A stretch of 64,000 nt of DNA from an uncultured Gemmatimonadales bacterium (GCA_963741945.1 CAVUKA010000003.1:96001-160000); one strand, 5' to 3'. Positions 39,853 through 50,197 are shown, counted from the stretch's first letter. Notes: generated from the letters alone by a model not told the origin. Numbers and translations are program-made.

Positions 39853-42800
39853 ATGGCGACACTGATCCGGTCGGGACAGCCGACGCGCCCCAGCCACTCC
39901 GGCGGAGCTGCGGCCATCGAAGCCACGGACCTCGAGCGGGCGCTGCGCGCGGTGATCAAGGGCGAGGTTCGCTTTGACAGCCAGGCGCGGGCCATGTATC
40001 AGACCGACGCGTCCAGCTACCGTCAGATCCCTGTCGGCGTGGTGCTCCCCCGCGACGCCGAGGACGTCAGGAACACGGTCCGCCTCGCCCGCGAGCACCG
40101 CGCCCCCATACTCGGCCGCGGCGGCGGCACCAGCCTGGCCGGCCAGTGCTGCAACGCGGCCGTCGTGCTCGACTTCTCGAAGTACATGAACCAGGTCCTG
40201 GAGGTGAACGTTCAGGAGAAGTGGGCGCGCGTTCAGCCGGGGACCGTTCTCGATCACCTCCGTGATGCCATCGAGGGCACGGGACTGACCTACGGACCCG
40301 ACCCCGCCACCCACAGCCGCTGCACCCTGGGCGGCATGATCGGCAACAACTCGTGCGGAATCCATTCGGTGCAGGCGCAGCATTACGGCCCTGGCCCGCG
40401 CACCGAGGACCAGGTGCTCGAGCTCACGATCCTGACCTACGATGGTGAGGTGCTCACTGTCGGTCCCACCAGCGATGACGAGATGGAGCGCATCATCGCG
40501 GGCGGCGGCCGGCGCGGCGAGATCTATCGCGGCCTCCGTGACCTGCGCGACCGCTACGCAGACGAGATCCGCGCCCGCTACCCGGACATTCCCCGCCGGG
40601 TCTCGGGCTACAACCTCCCGTCGCTCCTGCCGGAGAACGGGTTCGACGTGGCAAAGGCGGTGGTCGGCTCCGAGAGCACGTGCGTGCTCGTGCTGGAGGC
40701 CAAGGTCCGCCTCATCGACAATCCGCCGAAGCGCGCGCTCCTGATCATCGGTTACACCGACATCTATCACGCGGCCGACCACGTGATGGAGATCCAGAAG
40801 TACAAGCCGCTGGGGCTCGAGGGCATCGATGATGACCTGACGCAGTACATGAAGCTGAAGAAGCTGCACACCAAGCAGCTGAGGTACATGCCCGAGGGGC
40901 ACGGCTGGCTGTTCGTCGAGTTTGGCGGCGACACCACGGAGGAGGCCGAGTCCCGCGCGCGCTCCGCCATGGCGGAGCTGGAAGGGACGAGCGAGCACCT
41001 GCGGGAGATGAGGCTGTACACCGACGAGGAAGTCCAGCACCAGGTCTGGCAGGTCCGGGAGTCCGGGCTCGGGGCGACGGCGTTCGTACCGGGAATGCCC
41101 AGCGCGTGGGAGGGGTGGGAGGACGCGGCCGTTCCCCCCGAGCACGTGGGCGCATACCTGCGCGATTTCCGGGCCCTGATGCAGAAGTACGACTACACGG
41201 CCGCGCTGTACGGCCACTTCGGGCAGGGATGCGTGCACTGCCGCATCACCTTCGACTACGAGACCCGCAAGGGGCTCGACCAGTACCTCGCCTTCATCAA
41301 TGAGGCCGCCGATCTCGTCCTCAGCTACGGCGGATCCCTGTCCGGCGAGCACGGCGACGGCCAGAGTCGCGGCTCGCTCCTGCCGAAGATGTTCGGTGAG
41401 GAGCTGATGGAAGCGTTCCGCGAGTTCAAGCGGATCTGGGATCCGGAGTGGATGATGAACCCGGGGAAGGTGGTGGACGCCTATCCGCCCGACTCCAACC
41501 AGTTTTTCGGCGTGGACTACAACCCCGGGAACGTGAAGACCCACTTCAACTTCCCCCACGACAAGTTCGCGTTCCAGAACGCCACCATCCGGTGCGTGGG
41601 CGTGGGCAAGTGCCGGCGGACCGACGGCGGAACCATGTGCCCGTCGTACATGGTCACGCGCGATGAAAAGGATTCCACGCGCGGGCGGGCACGGCTGCTC
41701 TACGAGATGCTCAGGGGCGACGTCATTCACGACGGGTGGAAGAGCGAGGAAGTGAAGGACGCCCTGGACCTCTGTCTGTCGTGCAAGGGGTGCAAGGGCG
41801 ACTGCCCCGTGAACGTGGACATGGCCACATACAAGGCCGAGTTCCTGTCGCACTACTACGAGGGCCGGCTGCGGCCGCGCTACGCGTATTCCATGGGACT
41901 CATCGACTGGTGGGCGCGCGCCGCCCAGGTCTCCCCCGCCCTGGTCAACTGGGTCATGAGCGCGCCGGGGCTGTCGACCGTGGTGAAGAAGATCGGCGGC
42001 ATCGCCACGCAGCGGGACATGCCGCCGTTCGCCGAGCAGACGTTCCGCCAGTGGATGGACGTGCGCGGCCCTTCCACGGTCGAGGGCCGGCGCGTGATTG
42101 TCTGGCCGGACACGTTCAACAACTACTTCCACCCCGAGATCGGCCGCGCCACGGTGGAAGTCCTCGAGGGCGCGGGCTTCCACCCGGTGCTCCCGGATGA
42201 ACAGATCGCCACCGGGCGCGCGCTCTACGATTATGGCATGTTGCGCCTGGCGAAGCGGCAGCTCCGGCGCATCATGGACGAGCTGCGCGAAGAGATCCGC
42301 GATGGCACCCCCATCATCGGCATGGAGCCCAGCGTGGTTTCCGTCTTCCGCGACGAGCTCCTCAACCTCTATCCCCATGACAAGGACGCGGAGCGGCTGA
42401 GCAAGCAGACGTACATGCTGACCGAGTTCCTCGACCGCTACGGCGACGATGTGGACCTCGGCAGCCTCTCGGGCGAGCACGCCATCGTCCACGGCCACTG
42501 TCATCACAAGTCCGTGCTTGACTTCGACAGCGAGCGGCACATCCTCGATCGCCTCGGGATCGACTACGAGGTCCTGGAATCCGGCTGCTGCGGCATGGCC
42601 GGCTCCTTCGGCTTCGAGGAGGGCCACTTCGATGTCTCCCAGGCCGCCGCCGAACGCGTCCTGCTGCCCGCCGTCCGCAAGGCGGACCCGCGCACCCTCG
42701 TGATCACGGACGGGTTCTCCTGTCGCGAGATGCTGGAGCAGAACCGTCTGAGGCGGCCGCTCCATACCGCCGAAGTGATCCACATGGCCATGGAACGGTC

Positions 42801-42948
42801 CGGCACGCTGCCATCCCCCGCTCGACGTGCTCGCGCCCTGCGTCGCACCGGGGATCGGTCACCCGTTTCCTCGGCCGCGCTGGTCGCTGCGGGCCTCGCC
42901 GCCGGGTTCCTGGTCTACCGGGCCGCCGCCGCGCTCCGCCGCAGCTGA
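39853..42948 (+). CDS. FAD-binding and Fe-S oxidoreductase (GlcD/GlcF-type fusion, YdiJ-like 2-hydroxyacid dehydrogenase)
   Basis: RGGGTSLAGQ, GGMIGNNSCG, SGEHGDG, CVGVGKC, CLSCKGCKGDCP, CCG domain SGCCGMAGSFG; C-terminal hydrophobic tail. Confidence 0.9.
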   Translation: MATLIRSGQPTRPSHSGGAAAIEATDLERALRAVIKGEVRFDSQARAMYQTDASSYRQIPVGVVLPRDAEDVRNTVRLAREHRAPILGRGGGTSLAGQCCNAAVVLDFSKYMNQVLEVNVQEKWARVQPGTVLDHLRDAIEGTGLTYGPDPATHSRCTLGGMIGNNSCGIHSVQAQHYGPGPRTEDQVLELTILTYDGEVLTVGPTSDDEMERIIAGGGRRGEIYRGLRDLRDRYADEIRARYPDIPRRVSGYNLPSLLPENGFDVAKAVVGSESTCVLVLEAKVRLIDNPPKRALLIIGYTDIYHAADHVMEIQKYKPLGLEGIDDDLTQYMKLKKLHTKQLRYMPEGHGWLFVEFGGDTTEEAESRARSAMAELEGTSEHLREMRLYTDEEVQHQVWQVRESGLGATAFVPGMPSAWEGWEDAAVPPEHVGAYLRDFRALMQKYDYTAALYGHFGQGCVHCRITFDYETRKGLDQYLAFINEAADLVLSYGGSLSGEHGDGQSRGSLLPKMFGEELMEAFREFKRIWDPEWMMNPGKVVDAYPPDSNQFFGVDYNPGNVKTHFNFPHDKFAFQNATIRCVGVGKCRRTDGGTMCPSYMVTRDEKDSTRGRARLLYEMLRGDVIHDGWKSEEVKDALDLCLSCKGCKGDCPVNVDMATYKAEFLSHYYEGRLRPRYAYSMGLIDWWARAAQVSPALVNWVMSAPGLSTVVKKIGGIATQRDMPPFAEQTFRQWMDVRGPSTVEGRRVIVWPDTFNNYFHPEIGRATVEVLEGAGFHPVLPDEQIATGRALYDYGMLRLAKRQLRRIMDELREEIRDGTPIIGMEPSVVSVFRDELLNLYPHDKDAERLSKQTYMLTEFLDRYGDDVDLGSLSGEHAIVHGHCHHKSVLDFDSERHILDRLGIDYEVLESGCCGMAGSFGFEEGHFDVSQAAAERVLLPAVRKADPRTLVITDGFSCREMLEQNRLRRPLHTAEVIHMAMERSGTLPSPARRARALRRTGDRSPVSSAALVAAGLAAGFLVYRAAAALRRS

Positions 42949-42954
42949 CCGGCC

Positions 42955-44847
42955 ATGCCCAGCAACGGGCCCGAGGAGCGCCGGACCGGTCAGCCCTCCA
43001 TCGACGATTACGGCGTGATCGGCGACTGCAGGACCGTGGCGCTGGTCTCCCGTGGCGGGTCCATCGACTGGTACTGCATTCCTCGCTTCGAGGGACCATC
43101 GGTGTTCGCTGCGCTGCTGGACACCGAGAAGGGTGGCTCCTTCTCCATCCGCCCCGTCGGCCCGTTCGATACGGAACGCCGCTACCTGCCGGGGACCAAC
43201 GTTCTGGAGACCACGTTCCGCACCGCCGGCGGCACCCTGCGGCTCACCGACGCCATGACGCTGCCGCAGAGCCAGGCCCATGGGAGAGAGCCCTTCCCGG
43301 ACCACGAGATCCTCCGGCTCGCCGAGTGCCTCGATGGCCAGGTGGAGCTGGAAGTGGTCTGTGATCCTCGCTTCGACTACGGACGCAGGACGCCGAAGGG
43401 CCGGGAGCTCGGCCGCTTCGGAATCCACTTCGACGGTGGCGCTCACACGCTCCTGCTCCGCTCCGACATCCCCGTCCATCGCCGGGAGGGCGCGCCAGGG
43501 TGGGTGGGCCGTGGCACGGTCAGCGCCGGTGAGCGACGCTATGTGTCCCTGGCCTCCGAGCTGGCGCGCCCCGTGATCGGACTGGAGCTCGGAGCCGCCG
43601 CGGACGCCCGGATCGAGGGCACGGCGGCGTGGTGGAAGAAGTGGCTGACCCAGTGCTCCTATGAAGGCAGGTACAGCGAGCAGGTGCTCCGGAGCATGCT
43701 CACGCTGAAGCTGCTCGTGTTTCCTCCATCCGGAGCCATTGTCGCGGCTGGCACCACATCGCTCCCGGAAGTCCCCGGTGGCGTCCGCAACTGGGACTAC
43801 CGCTTCTGCTGGCTCCGGGACGCGTCCATGACCACCGAGGTCCTGCTTCACAGCGGCTTCACCGCCGAGGGCGAGGCGTTCCTCGGATGGCTGCTCCACG
43901 CCACCCGCCTGACGCGACCGAAGCTGCAGGTCCTCTACGATGTCTACGGCCGGACCCGGCACCCCGAGCGCAACCTGTCCCATCTGGCGGGCTATCACGG
44001 CTCGAGCCCCGTTCGCGTGGGCAACGGCGCGGCCGGTCAGCTCCAGATGGACGTGTACGGCGAGGTGATCCGCGCCGCGTGGACGTTCGTCGAGCAGGGC
44101 GGTCAGCTGGACGGCGCCGAGGCCAGCATGCTCGGAGACCTGGGCGAGACGATCATGAAATGGTGGAAGCGCCCGGGCAACGGGATCTGGGAGCTGCGTG
44201 GCGACCGCCACCACTTCACGCAATCACTGGCCATGTGCTGGGTCGGCCTCCACTGCCTCACCCGCCTCGATGACGACGGCGCCGTCAAGCTGAAGCGACC
44301 GCGCGAGAAGGTCGATGCCGTGAAGCAGGCCATCCGCGACGCCATTGACGCCGAAGGGTGGAGCGAGGAGTTGGAGAGCTACGTCGCCTGGTTCGGCAGC
44401 GACCACGTGGACGCCGCCCTGCTGCTCCTGGGCATCATGGGCTACGAGGATCCCGGCAGTGACCGCATGCGCAAGACGCTCGAGCGCGTGGATGACCGCC
44501 TCGGCGTCCGCGGCCTCCTGTATCGGTATCGCTATGACGACCACCTGCCGGGGCAGGAGGGTGCGTTCGGGATCTGCGGCTTCTGGAAGGCGGAGCTGCT
44601 CGCCCAGCAGCGACGACTCCGTGAGGCCGTGGACGCCTTCGAGCACTCCTGCTCCTTCGCCAACGACCTGGGCCTCTTCTCCGAGGAGATCGATCCGGAG
44701 AACGGCGCGCTCCTCGGCAACTTCCCCCAGGCCTTCACGCACATCGGACTGGTCAGCGCCGCCAACGAGATCGCACGCGCACGTGGCAAGCCACCGGAAA
44801 AGGCAGCGAAGAAACCCGAGACGACCCGAGCCCAGCCCGAACCATGA
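42955..44847 (+). CDS. Glycoside hydrolase family 15 (trehalase/glucoamylase-like)
   Basis: IGDCRTVALV, TTSLPE..GGVRNWDYRFCWLRD, QMDVYGE, GIWE, LGLFSEE, GNFPQAFTH. Confidence 0.93.
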   Translation: MPSNGPEERRTGQPSIDDYGVIGDCRTVALVSRGGSIDWYCIPRFEGPSVFAALLDTEKGGSFSIRPVGPFDTERRYLPGTNVLETTFRTAGGTLRLTDAMTLPQSQAHGREPFPDHEILRLAECLDGQVELEVVCDPRFDYGRRTPKGRELGRFGIHFDGGAHTLLLRSDIPVHRREGAPGWVGRGTVSAGERRYVSLASELARPVIGLELGAAADARIEGTAAWWKKWLTQCSYEGRYSEQVLRSMLTLKLLVFPPSGAIVAAGTTSLPEVPGGVRNWDYRFCWLRDASMTTEVLLHSGFTAEGEAFLGWLLHATRLTRPKLQVLYDVYGRTRHPERNLSHLAGYHGSSPVRVGNGAAGQLQMDVYGEVIRAAWTFVEQGGQLDGAEASMLGDLGETIMKWWKRPGNGIWELRGDRHHFTQSLAMCWVGLHCLTRLDDDGAVKLKRPREKVDAVKQAIRDAIDAEGWSEELESYVAWFGSDHVDAALLLLGIMGYEDPGSDRMRKTLERVDDRLGVRGLLYRYRYDDHLPGQEGAFGICGFWKAELLAQQRRLREAVDAFEHSCSFANDLGLFSEEIDPENGALLGNFPQAFTHIGLVSAANEIARARGKPPEKAAKKPETTRAQPEP

Positions 44848-45317
44848 ACGTCATTGACACGCTCATATGGGGCGGTGTCGCCACCGTGCTCATGACCACG
44901 ATCCTCGAAGGGGCCATGTACATGGGCTGGACGCGGATGAGCCTCCCCTTCATCCTCGGCACCTTCCTCACGGGAGACCGCCGCAAGGCACCCGTATTCG
45001 GCGCCGTGATGCACATCGCGAACGGCTACATCTTCGCCTTCGGCTACGCGTTCGCCTTCCAGAGCGTGGGCATGGCGAACTGGTGGTTCGGCGCCGTTCT
45101 GGGTGTGGTCCACAGCACCGTGGTCCTCGTGCTCATGCCCTTCCTGCCCGGCATACACCCGCGCATGGCCACTGAACAGGCCGGCCCCGACGCGCGCAGG
45201 GCTCTCCAGCCGCCCGGCTACTTCGCCCTCAACTACGGCCGCCGCACTCCGCTCTTCGGGCTTGCGTCGCACGTGGTCTTCGGGCTCATCATGGGGGTCT
45301 TCTATCACCTGGCCTGA
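44844..45317 (+). CDS. Four-TM hypothetical membrane protein with intramembrane His residues
   Basis: ATGA overlap with GH15; hydrophobic helices VMHIANG, GVVHSTV, ASHVVFG; IHPRMA. Confidence 0.75.
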   Translation: MNVIDTLIWGGVATVLMTTILEGAMYMGWTRMSLPFILGTFLTGDRRKAPVFGAVMHIANGYIFAFGYAFAFQSVGMANWWFGAVLGVVHSTVVLVLMPFLPGIHPRMATEQAGPDARRALQPPGYFALNYGRRTPLFGLASHVVFGLIMGVFYHLA

Positions 45318-45338
45318 GTGCCCCGGAAGGCGCCCCCG

Positions 45339-45887
45339 TCATCGCTCCGCCTCCGCTTCTCCCTCCCCTCTCGGCTCGTCCTCCCGGATCACGCTGATCT
45401 TGCCGTTCGGCTCCAGGAAGACGGTCCGGACCCCCTCCAGTGACGTGACTCCGGCCTCCCGCAGCTTCTCCCACACGTCGTCCTCCGTCAGCAGCGCGCG
45501 GTGCGCCTGGCGCCGGACGATCCGCCCATCGCGCACGATTGCGCGGGGACTGGAGCGGAGGAACGGCCGCAGCACGGGGAAACGGAGCGAGAGCAGGTTC
45601 ACGGCCGTGTGGCAGGCGATCAGTGTGAGGAAGGTGATGGCGCCGTCCACCACGCCCGGGTATTGACCCGTCAGCGCTTCCCGCACCGAGGTGGCCAGCA
45701 GGAAGATGATAAGCAGGTCGGCCACCGTGAACCGCCCTACCTCACGCTTCGGCAGCGCCCGCAGGATCGCGAAGAGCAGCAGGTAGATGCTCGCCGCGCG
45801 CACCACCAGCTCGAGGATCGGTCCGTGCGGCATGAACACGGGGCCCCAGTCATCGGGCAGCCAGCGCACCTCTGTAGCCATCATCAC
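45339..45887 (-). CDS. DUF421/YetF family membrane protein
   Basis: KREVGRFTVADL, IVRDGRI, LREAGV, FLEPNGKISV. Confidence 0.85.
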   Translation of the reverse strand: MMMATEVRWLPDDWGPVFMPHGPILELVVRAASIYLLLFAILRALPKREVGRFTVADLLIIFLLATSVREALTGQYPGVVDGAITFLTLIACHTAVNLLSLRFPVLRPFLRSSPRAIVRDGRIVRRQAHRALLTEDDVWEKLREAGVTSLEGVRTVFLEPNGKISVIREDEPRGEGEAEAER

Positions 45888-47203
45888 GTCACCTCCCGCC
45901 TCTCGTCTTCACCGAGGAGCGCCCGCTTCACGACCGGGTCCACCTCCCACCGCTCGGCCGCCGCCATGCGCGCTACGCGCCGCCTGACCAGCCGCTCCAC
46001 CGTCAATCCCTGCACGAGGATGGAGAACACCACCACCACGTACGTGATGGCCAGCACCAGGTCCCGCTCCGGAGCCGGTGGGATCGACAGCGCCAGGGCG
46101 ATGGCGATCCCGCCACGCAGGCCGCTCCACGTCAGGATCCGGACCGTGTACGGCTTCACGGCTCGCCGGATCCGCACCACCGAGATGGGCAGCCCCACAC
46201 TGGCGAGGCGGGCGGCCAGCACGATCGGGATCGCCACCAGGCCGGCCACCACCAGCCGCCAGCTCAGCTCCAGGGCGATCACTTCCAGCCCGATGATCAG
46301 GAACAGGATCGCGTTCAGGGTCTCGTCCACAACGATCCAGAACTTGTCCAGGTGATCGCGCGTGGTCTCCGACATGGCGAACGCGCGCCCCCTGTTCCCC
46401 ACCAGCAGCCCCGCCACCACCATCGCCAGCGGCCCGGACGTGTGGAGCCGCGTAGCCAGCGCGTACCCGCCCGTAACAACGGCGAGAGTGATCATGACTT
46501 CCACCGTGTGCTGGTCCACCTGCTTCAGCAGGAGATAGGCACCGTAGCCCAGCACCAACCCGTAGACCAGCCCGCCGATCGCTTCCCATGCGAACAGCTC
46601 CGCGACCTCGGCGGGGGACGTGGCACCGGAGACCAGCACGCCCAGGATCGCGGTGAACACCACTACCCCGACGCCGTCGTTGAACAGCGATTCGCCACTG
46701 ATCAGGACGCGGAGGTCCTCCGGCGCATGGACCCGGTTCAGGACTGCCAGCACGGCCACCGGGTCCGTCGGTGAGATCAGGGCGCCGAAGAGCAGAGCGT
46801 AGACGAAGGGGAGCGGGACGCCTACCGCCCGGGCCGCCACCCAGACCAGCGTCCCGACCAGGAACGTCGAGATCACCACTCCCACCGTGGCCAGCAGCAG
46901 CACCATCACGCGCTGCTCCATCAGAGCATTCACTTCCACGCCCAGCGCGCCAGCGAAGAGCATGGCGCCCAGCAGCCCGTTCAGCAGCAGCTCGTTGAAG
47001 TCCAGGCCACCCATCACCTCGCGGGCGAACGTCCCCTCGACACCCAGGAGATGCAGCTTTCCGAACGCCAGCAGCGCCAGCGAGAAGAGGAGTCCGCCGA
47101 GAGTCACGCCCACCACGGGCACCACCCCGATCCACCGCTCGTTCACCCACCCCAGCAGTGCCGTCAGGGTGACGAGGATGGCCACAAGCTCGAATGCCGT
47201 CAC
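45884..47203 (-). CDS. Na+/H+ antiporter (CPA1/NhaP family)
   Basis: FGALISPTDPVAV, GESLFNDGVGVV, SGPLAMVVAGL, WSGLRGGI, SILVQGLT. Start uncertain. Confidence 0.9.
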   Translation of the reverse strand: MTAFELVAILVTLTALLGWVNERWIGVVPVVGVTLGGLLFSLALLAFGKLHLLGVEGTFAREVMGGLDFNELLLNGLLGAMLFAGALGVEVNALMEQRVMVLLLATVGVVISTFLVGTLVWVAARAVGVPLPFVYALLFGALISPTDPVAVLAVLNRVHAPEDLRVLISGESLFNDGVGVVVFTAILGVLVSGATSPAEVAELFAWEAIGGLVYGLVLGYGAYLLLKQVDQHTVEVMITLAVVTGGYALATRLHTSGPLAMVVAGLLVGNRGRAFAMSETTRDHLDKFWIVVDETLNAILFLIIGLEVIALELSWRLVVAGLVAIPIVLAARLASVGLPISVVRIRRAVKPYTVRILTWSGLRGGIAIALALSIPPAPERDLVLAITYVVVVFSILVQGLTVERLVRRRVARMAAAERWEVDPVVKRALLGEDERREVT

Positions 47204-47305
47204 GATCCCATCACACGGTGCGGGGAACCGGGCGCCAGCGCCCATCGCAGGAACAGTTCCTGCTCTTCTGTGCAGGCGCGATCGGACCCGCAACGAAAGG
47301 AACGG

Positions 47306-47755
47306 ATGCGTGTGACCGAGTTGCGTCGCGACGAACGGCGCGTGGACCTGGCCCTCGTTCTCGACACCGACGACGAGTTCATTTCGACGCTCGAGGAATT
47401 CGCCCGGGACAACGATATCACGGCCGCCCACTTCACCGCTCTCGGCGCGTTCCGCCGCGCCACGCTCGCCTACTTCGACTGGGAGCGTAAGGACTACCGT
47501 GACCTCCCCGTCCCGGAGCAGGTGGAGGTCACTTCACTCGTCGGCGATATCGGCGTTCACGACGCGCAGGTCAAGGTGCACGCCCATGGCGTGCTCGCCA
47601 GGAGCGACGGGTCAACCGTGGCCGGCCACGTCCGTGAGGCCCATGTCCGTCCCACGCTCGAGCTCTTTCTCACCGCCTATCCCGGCGCGGCGCTCACTCG
47701 CGTGAAGGACCCGGAAACCGGCCTCGAACTGATACATGGAGAAGATGCAGCATGA
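47306..47755 (+). CDS. PPC/DUF296 domain protein
   Basis: FTALGAF, EVTSLVGDI, VHAHGVL, AGHV, VRPTLE; AAAGGA RBS. Confidence 0.85.
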   Translation: MRVTELRRDERRVDLALVLDTDDEFISTLEEFARDNDITAAHFTALGAFRRATLAYFDWERKDYRDLPVPEQVEVTSLVGDIGVHDAQVKVHAHGVLARSDGSTVAGHVREAHVRPTLELFLTAYPGAALTRVKDPETGLELIHGEDAA

Positions 47756-48753
47756 GCAGTGATCGAGAAGTCGTCGTCATTACCGGGGCTACAGCCGGTG
47801 TCGGCCGCGCCACCACTCGGCGGTTCGCCCGGGAGGGTGCCCGCATCGCGCTCCTGGCCCGTGACCGAGAGCGTTTGGAGGCCACGGCCCGGGAGGTGGA
47901 GGAGCTCGGTGGTGAGGCGCTCGTCCTGTCGGTGGACGTGGCCGATGCCGAGGCGGTACAGACCGCGGCCGACCTCACCGTCGAGCGGTTCGGCCACATC
48001 GACATCTGGGTGAACAACGCCATGACTTCCGTGTTCGCCCGCGTCCAGGAGATCAAGCCCGAGGAGTTCAGGCGGGTCACCGAAGTCAACTATCTCGGCT
48101 TCGTATACGGCACGCTCGCCGCGCTCAAGCACATGCTGCCGCGCGACCGCGGCCACATCGTCCAGGTCGGCTCCGCGCTGGCCTGGCGGGGCATACCCCT
48201 GCAGGCGCCGTACTGCGGCTCCAAGCACGCCATTCTCGGCTTCACCGAGTCGCTCCGCACCGAGCTGATCCACGATGGGAGCAACGTGAAGGTGAGTATC
48301 GCCCATATGCCCGGCATGAACACGCCCCAGTTCGAGTGGGTCCGGTCGAGGCTGCCCAACAAGGCGCAGCCGGTCCCGCCCATCTACCAGCCGGAAGTGG
48401 CCGCCGACGCGATTCACTGGGCGGCCCACCACGACCGCGCCATTCTCTACGTCGGGATGCCCACATTGAAGACCGTGGCCGGAGAACGCGTCTCGCCTCG
48501 CATGCTCGACTACTATCTTGCCAGGACCGGCATCAGCTCGCAGCAGACGCAGGAGCCCCGGGACCCCGACGCGCCGGACAACCTCTTCGAGCCGGTCCCC
48601 GGCGACTTCGCCGCCCACGGCCGCTTCGACCGCCGCGCGCACGGCCACAGTTCGCAGCTCTGGGCATCCACCCACAAGGGCTGGCTCGCTCTGGCTGGTG
48701 GCGCCGTCGCCATCGCCGCAGCAGGCGCGGCAGGGCTCCTGGCCCGCGACTGA
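47752..48753 (+). CDS. Short-chain dehydrogenase/reductase with C-terminal extension
   Basis: TGATAGVG, WVNNA, GS, catalytic YCGSK, PPIYQPEVAA, NLFEP. Confidence 0.9.
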   Translation: MSSDREVVVITGATAGVGRATTRRFAREGARIALLARDRERLEATAREVEELGGEALVLSVDVADAEAVQTAADLTVERFGHIDIWVNNAMTSVFARVQEIKPEEFRRVTEVNYLGFVYGTLAALKHMLPRDRGHIVQVGSALAWRGIPLQAPYCGSKHAILGFTESLRTELIHDGSNVKVSIAHMPGMNTPQFEWVRSRLPNKAQPVPPIYQPEVAADAIHWAAHHDRAILYVGMPTLKTVAGERVSPRMLDYYLARTGISSQQTQEPRDPDAPDNLFEPVPGDFAAHGRFDRRAHGHSSQLWASTHKGWLALAGGAVAIAAAGAAGLLARD

Positions 48754-48810
48754 CGCTCCCCGACTGGACGGCGCCTCCGCTCTCCCCCAGAATTCGCTGG
48801 CGGAGGTGCC

Positions 48811-49653
48811 ATGGGAACCACGGAAAGACCAGAGCCGCGCCTCGGCCTCGCCCTCGGGGGTGGGGCCGTGCTCGGCTTCGCCCATGTCGGGGTCCTGATG
48901 GAGCTCGAGCGCGCGCGGATCCGGCCCGCCGCCGTGACGGGGACGAGCGCAGGCGCCATCGTGGCCGCGCTCCTCGCGTTCGGCTCCTCGCCGGAGCGCA
49001 TGCGGGACCTCGTCGCCCCGCTGACCTGGCGGAAGGTCTCCAACTTCTCCGCCAGCTCACTCGGCCTCGTCTCGAACGAAGCGCTCGCCGAGCTGCTCCG
49101 TGACGAGCTCGGCGACGTCCGGATCGAGGACGCGCCCGTTCCGCTCGCCATCATTGCCGCGGACATCCATACCGGCGACCCGGTCGTCTTTCGCGATGGT
49201 CCGCTGGCCGAAGCGGTGAGAGCCAGCGCTGCCATCCCGGGGATCTACACGCCCGTCCAGATCGGAGATCGGCTGCTGGTCGATGGCGGGATCGTGGAGA
49301 ACGTACCCGTCCGCCCCCTCAAGCAGATGGGTGTGGACGTGATCGTGGCCGCCACACTCGGCGAAGTCCTGGACTTCCAGCCGGTCCGAACGCTCCTCGG
49401 GGTGCTGACGAACGCGTTCCTGACCGCCGTGAACACGGCCACCCGGCTGGACCTGATGGAGGGTGTCGACGTGGTGATCGCGCCCGATCTCGTGGTCCAC
49501 AACCGCTGGGACATGCGGCAGCGCGAGGAGATCATCGAAAAGGGACGCGCCGCCGCCGCGGCCGCCATCCCGGACATCCTCGCCGCCCTCGATCGCGTCA
49601 GCGCCGCGAAAGCAGGATCGACCCCACCCACCCGCCCACCCGGTCACGCGTGA
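48811..49653 (+). CDS. Patatin-like phospholipase (RssA-like)
   Basis: ALGGGAVLG, GTSAG, ASAAIPG, DGG. Confidence 0.9.
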   Translation: MGTTERPEPRLGLALGGGAVLGFAHVGVLMELERARIRPAAVTGTSAGAIVAALLAFGSSPERMRDLVAPLTWRKVSNFSASSLGLVSNEALAELLRDELGDVRIEDAPVPLAIIAADIHTGDPVVFRDGPLAEAVRASAAIPGIYTPVQIGDRLLVDGGIVENVPVRPLKQMGVDVIVAATLGEVLDFQPVRTLLGVLTNAFLTAVNTATRLDLMEGVDVVIAPDLVVHNRWDMRQREEIIEKGRAAAAAAIPDILAALDRVSAAKAGSTPPTRPPGHA

Positions 49654-50173
49654 GCGCCACGAGGAGCGTCTCGGCGGCGGCGACAATCGCCAGCCCGGCC
49701 GTGAGCGCGAAGAAACGGGGGCTGTAGCTCCCCGTCAGGAAGAGCCAGCAGGCGAAAACGTACCCCGCCACACCGGCGGCCTTCGCCGAGTAGAGGTGGA
49801 GGTCCCCGATACGACGAAAGCGAACGAACGTTGCCGCCAGAGCAGCACATCCCAGCACCGCCCACGCCAGGAGCGGCACCGCGTTCTCCCTGAAGAACGT
49901 CGGCCGCAGCGCGACCATCCAGACCAGGATCGATCCCATGAGAACGATGTCGGCCGTCGAATCGAGCTGGCTGCCGTAGCGTGACGTGCGGCCGGTCATC
50001 CGCGCCACCGGTCCATCCAGGACGTCCGTCAATCCCGCCACGGCGAGGCCGACGGCCAGCGCTTCCGTGTGCTGGCCGAACGCCAGCGCCCAGAGCGCCG
50101 GTACGAGCAGCACCCGGAGCAGGGTGAGGTGATCTGCAGGACTGCGCTTCGACATCATCACCGGCTCGTACAC
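49598..50173 (-). CDS. CDP-alcohol phosphatidyltransferase family protein
   Basis: LTLLRV, TDVLDGPVAR...SRYGSQLDSTAD signature. Start uncertain. Confidence 0.85.
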   Translation of the reverse strand: MYEPVMMSKRSPADHLTLLRVLLVPALWALAFGQHTEALAVGLAVAGLTDVLDGPVARMTGRTSRYGSQLDSTADIVLMGSILVWMVALRPTFFRENAVPLLAWAVLGCAALAATFVRFRRIGDLHLYSAKAAGVAGYVFACWLFLTGSYSPRFFALTAGLAIVAAAETLLVALTRDRVGGWVGSILLSRR

Positions 50174-50197
50174 CCCCGCCGCATGAACCGGTTCCCC

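Noticed and set aside
49598-49653. 56-bp convergent overlap of the patatin and phosphatidyltransferase genes
   Set aside because: Short tail overlaps are common in GC-rich genomes; no sign of function.
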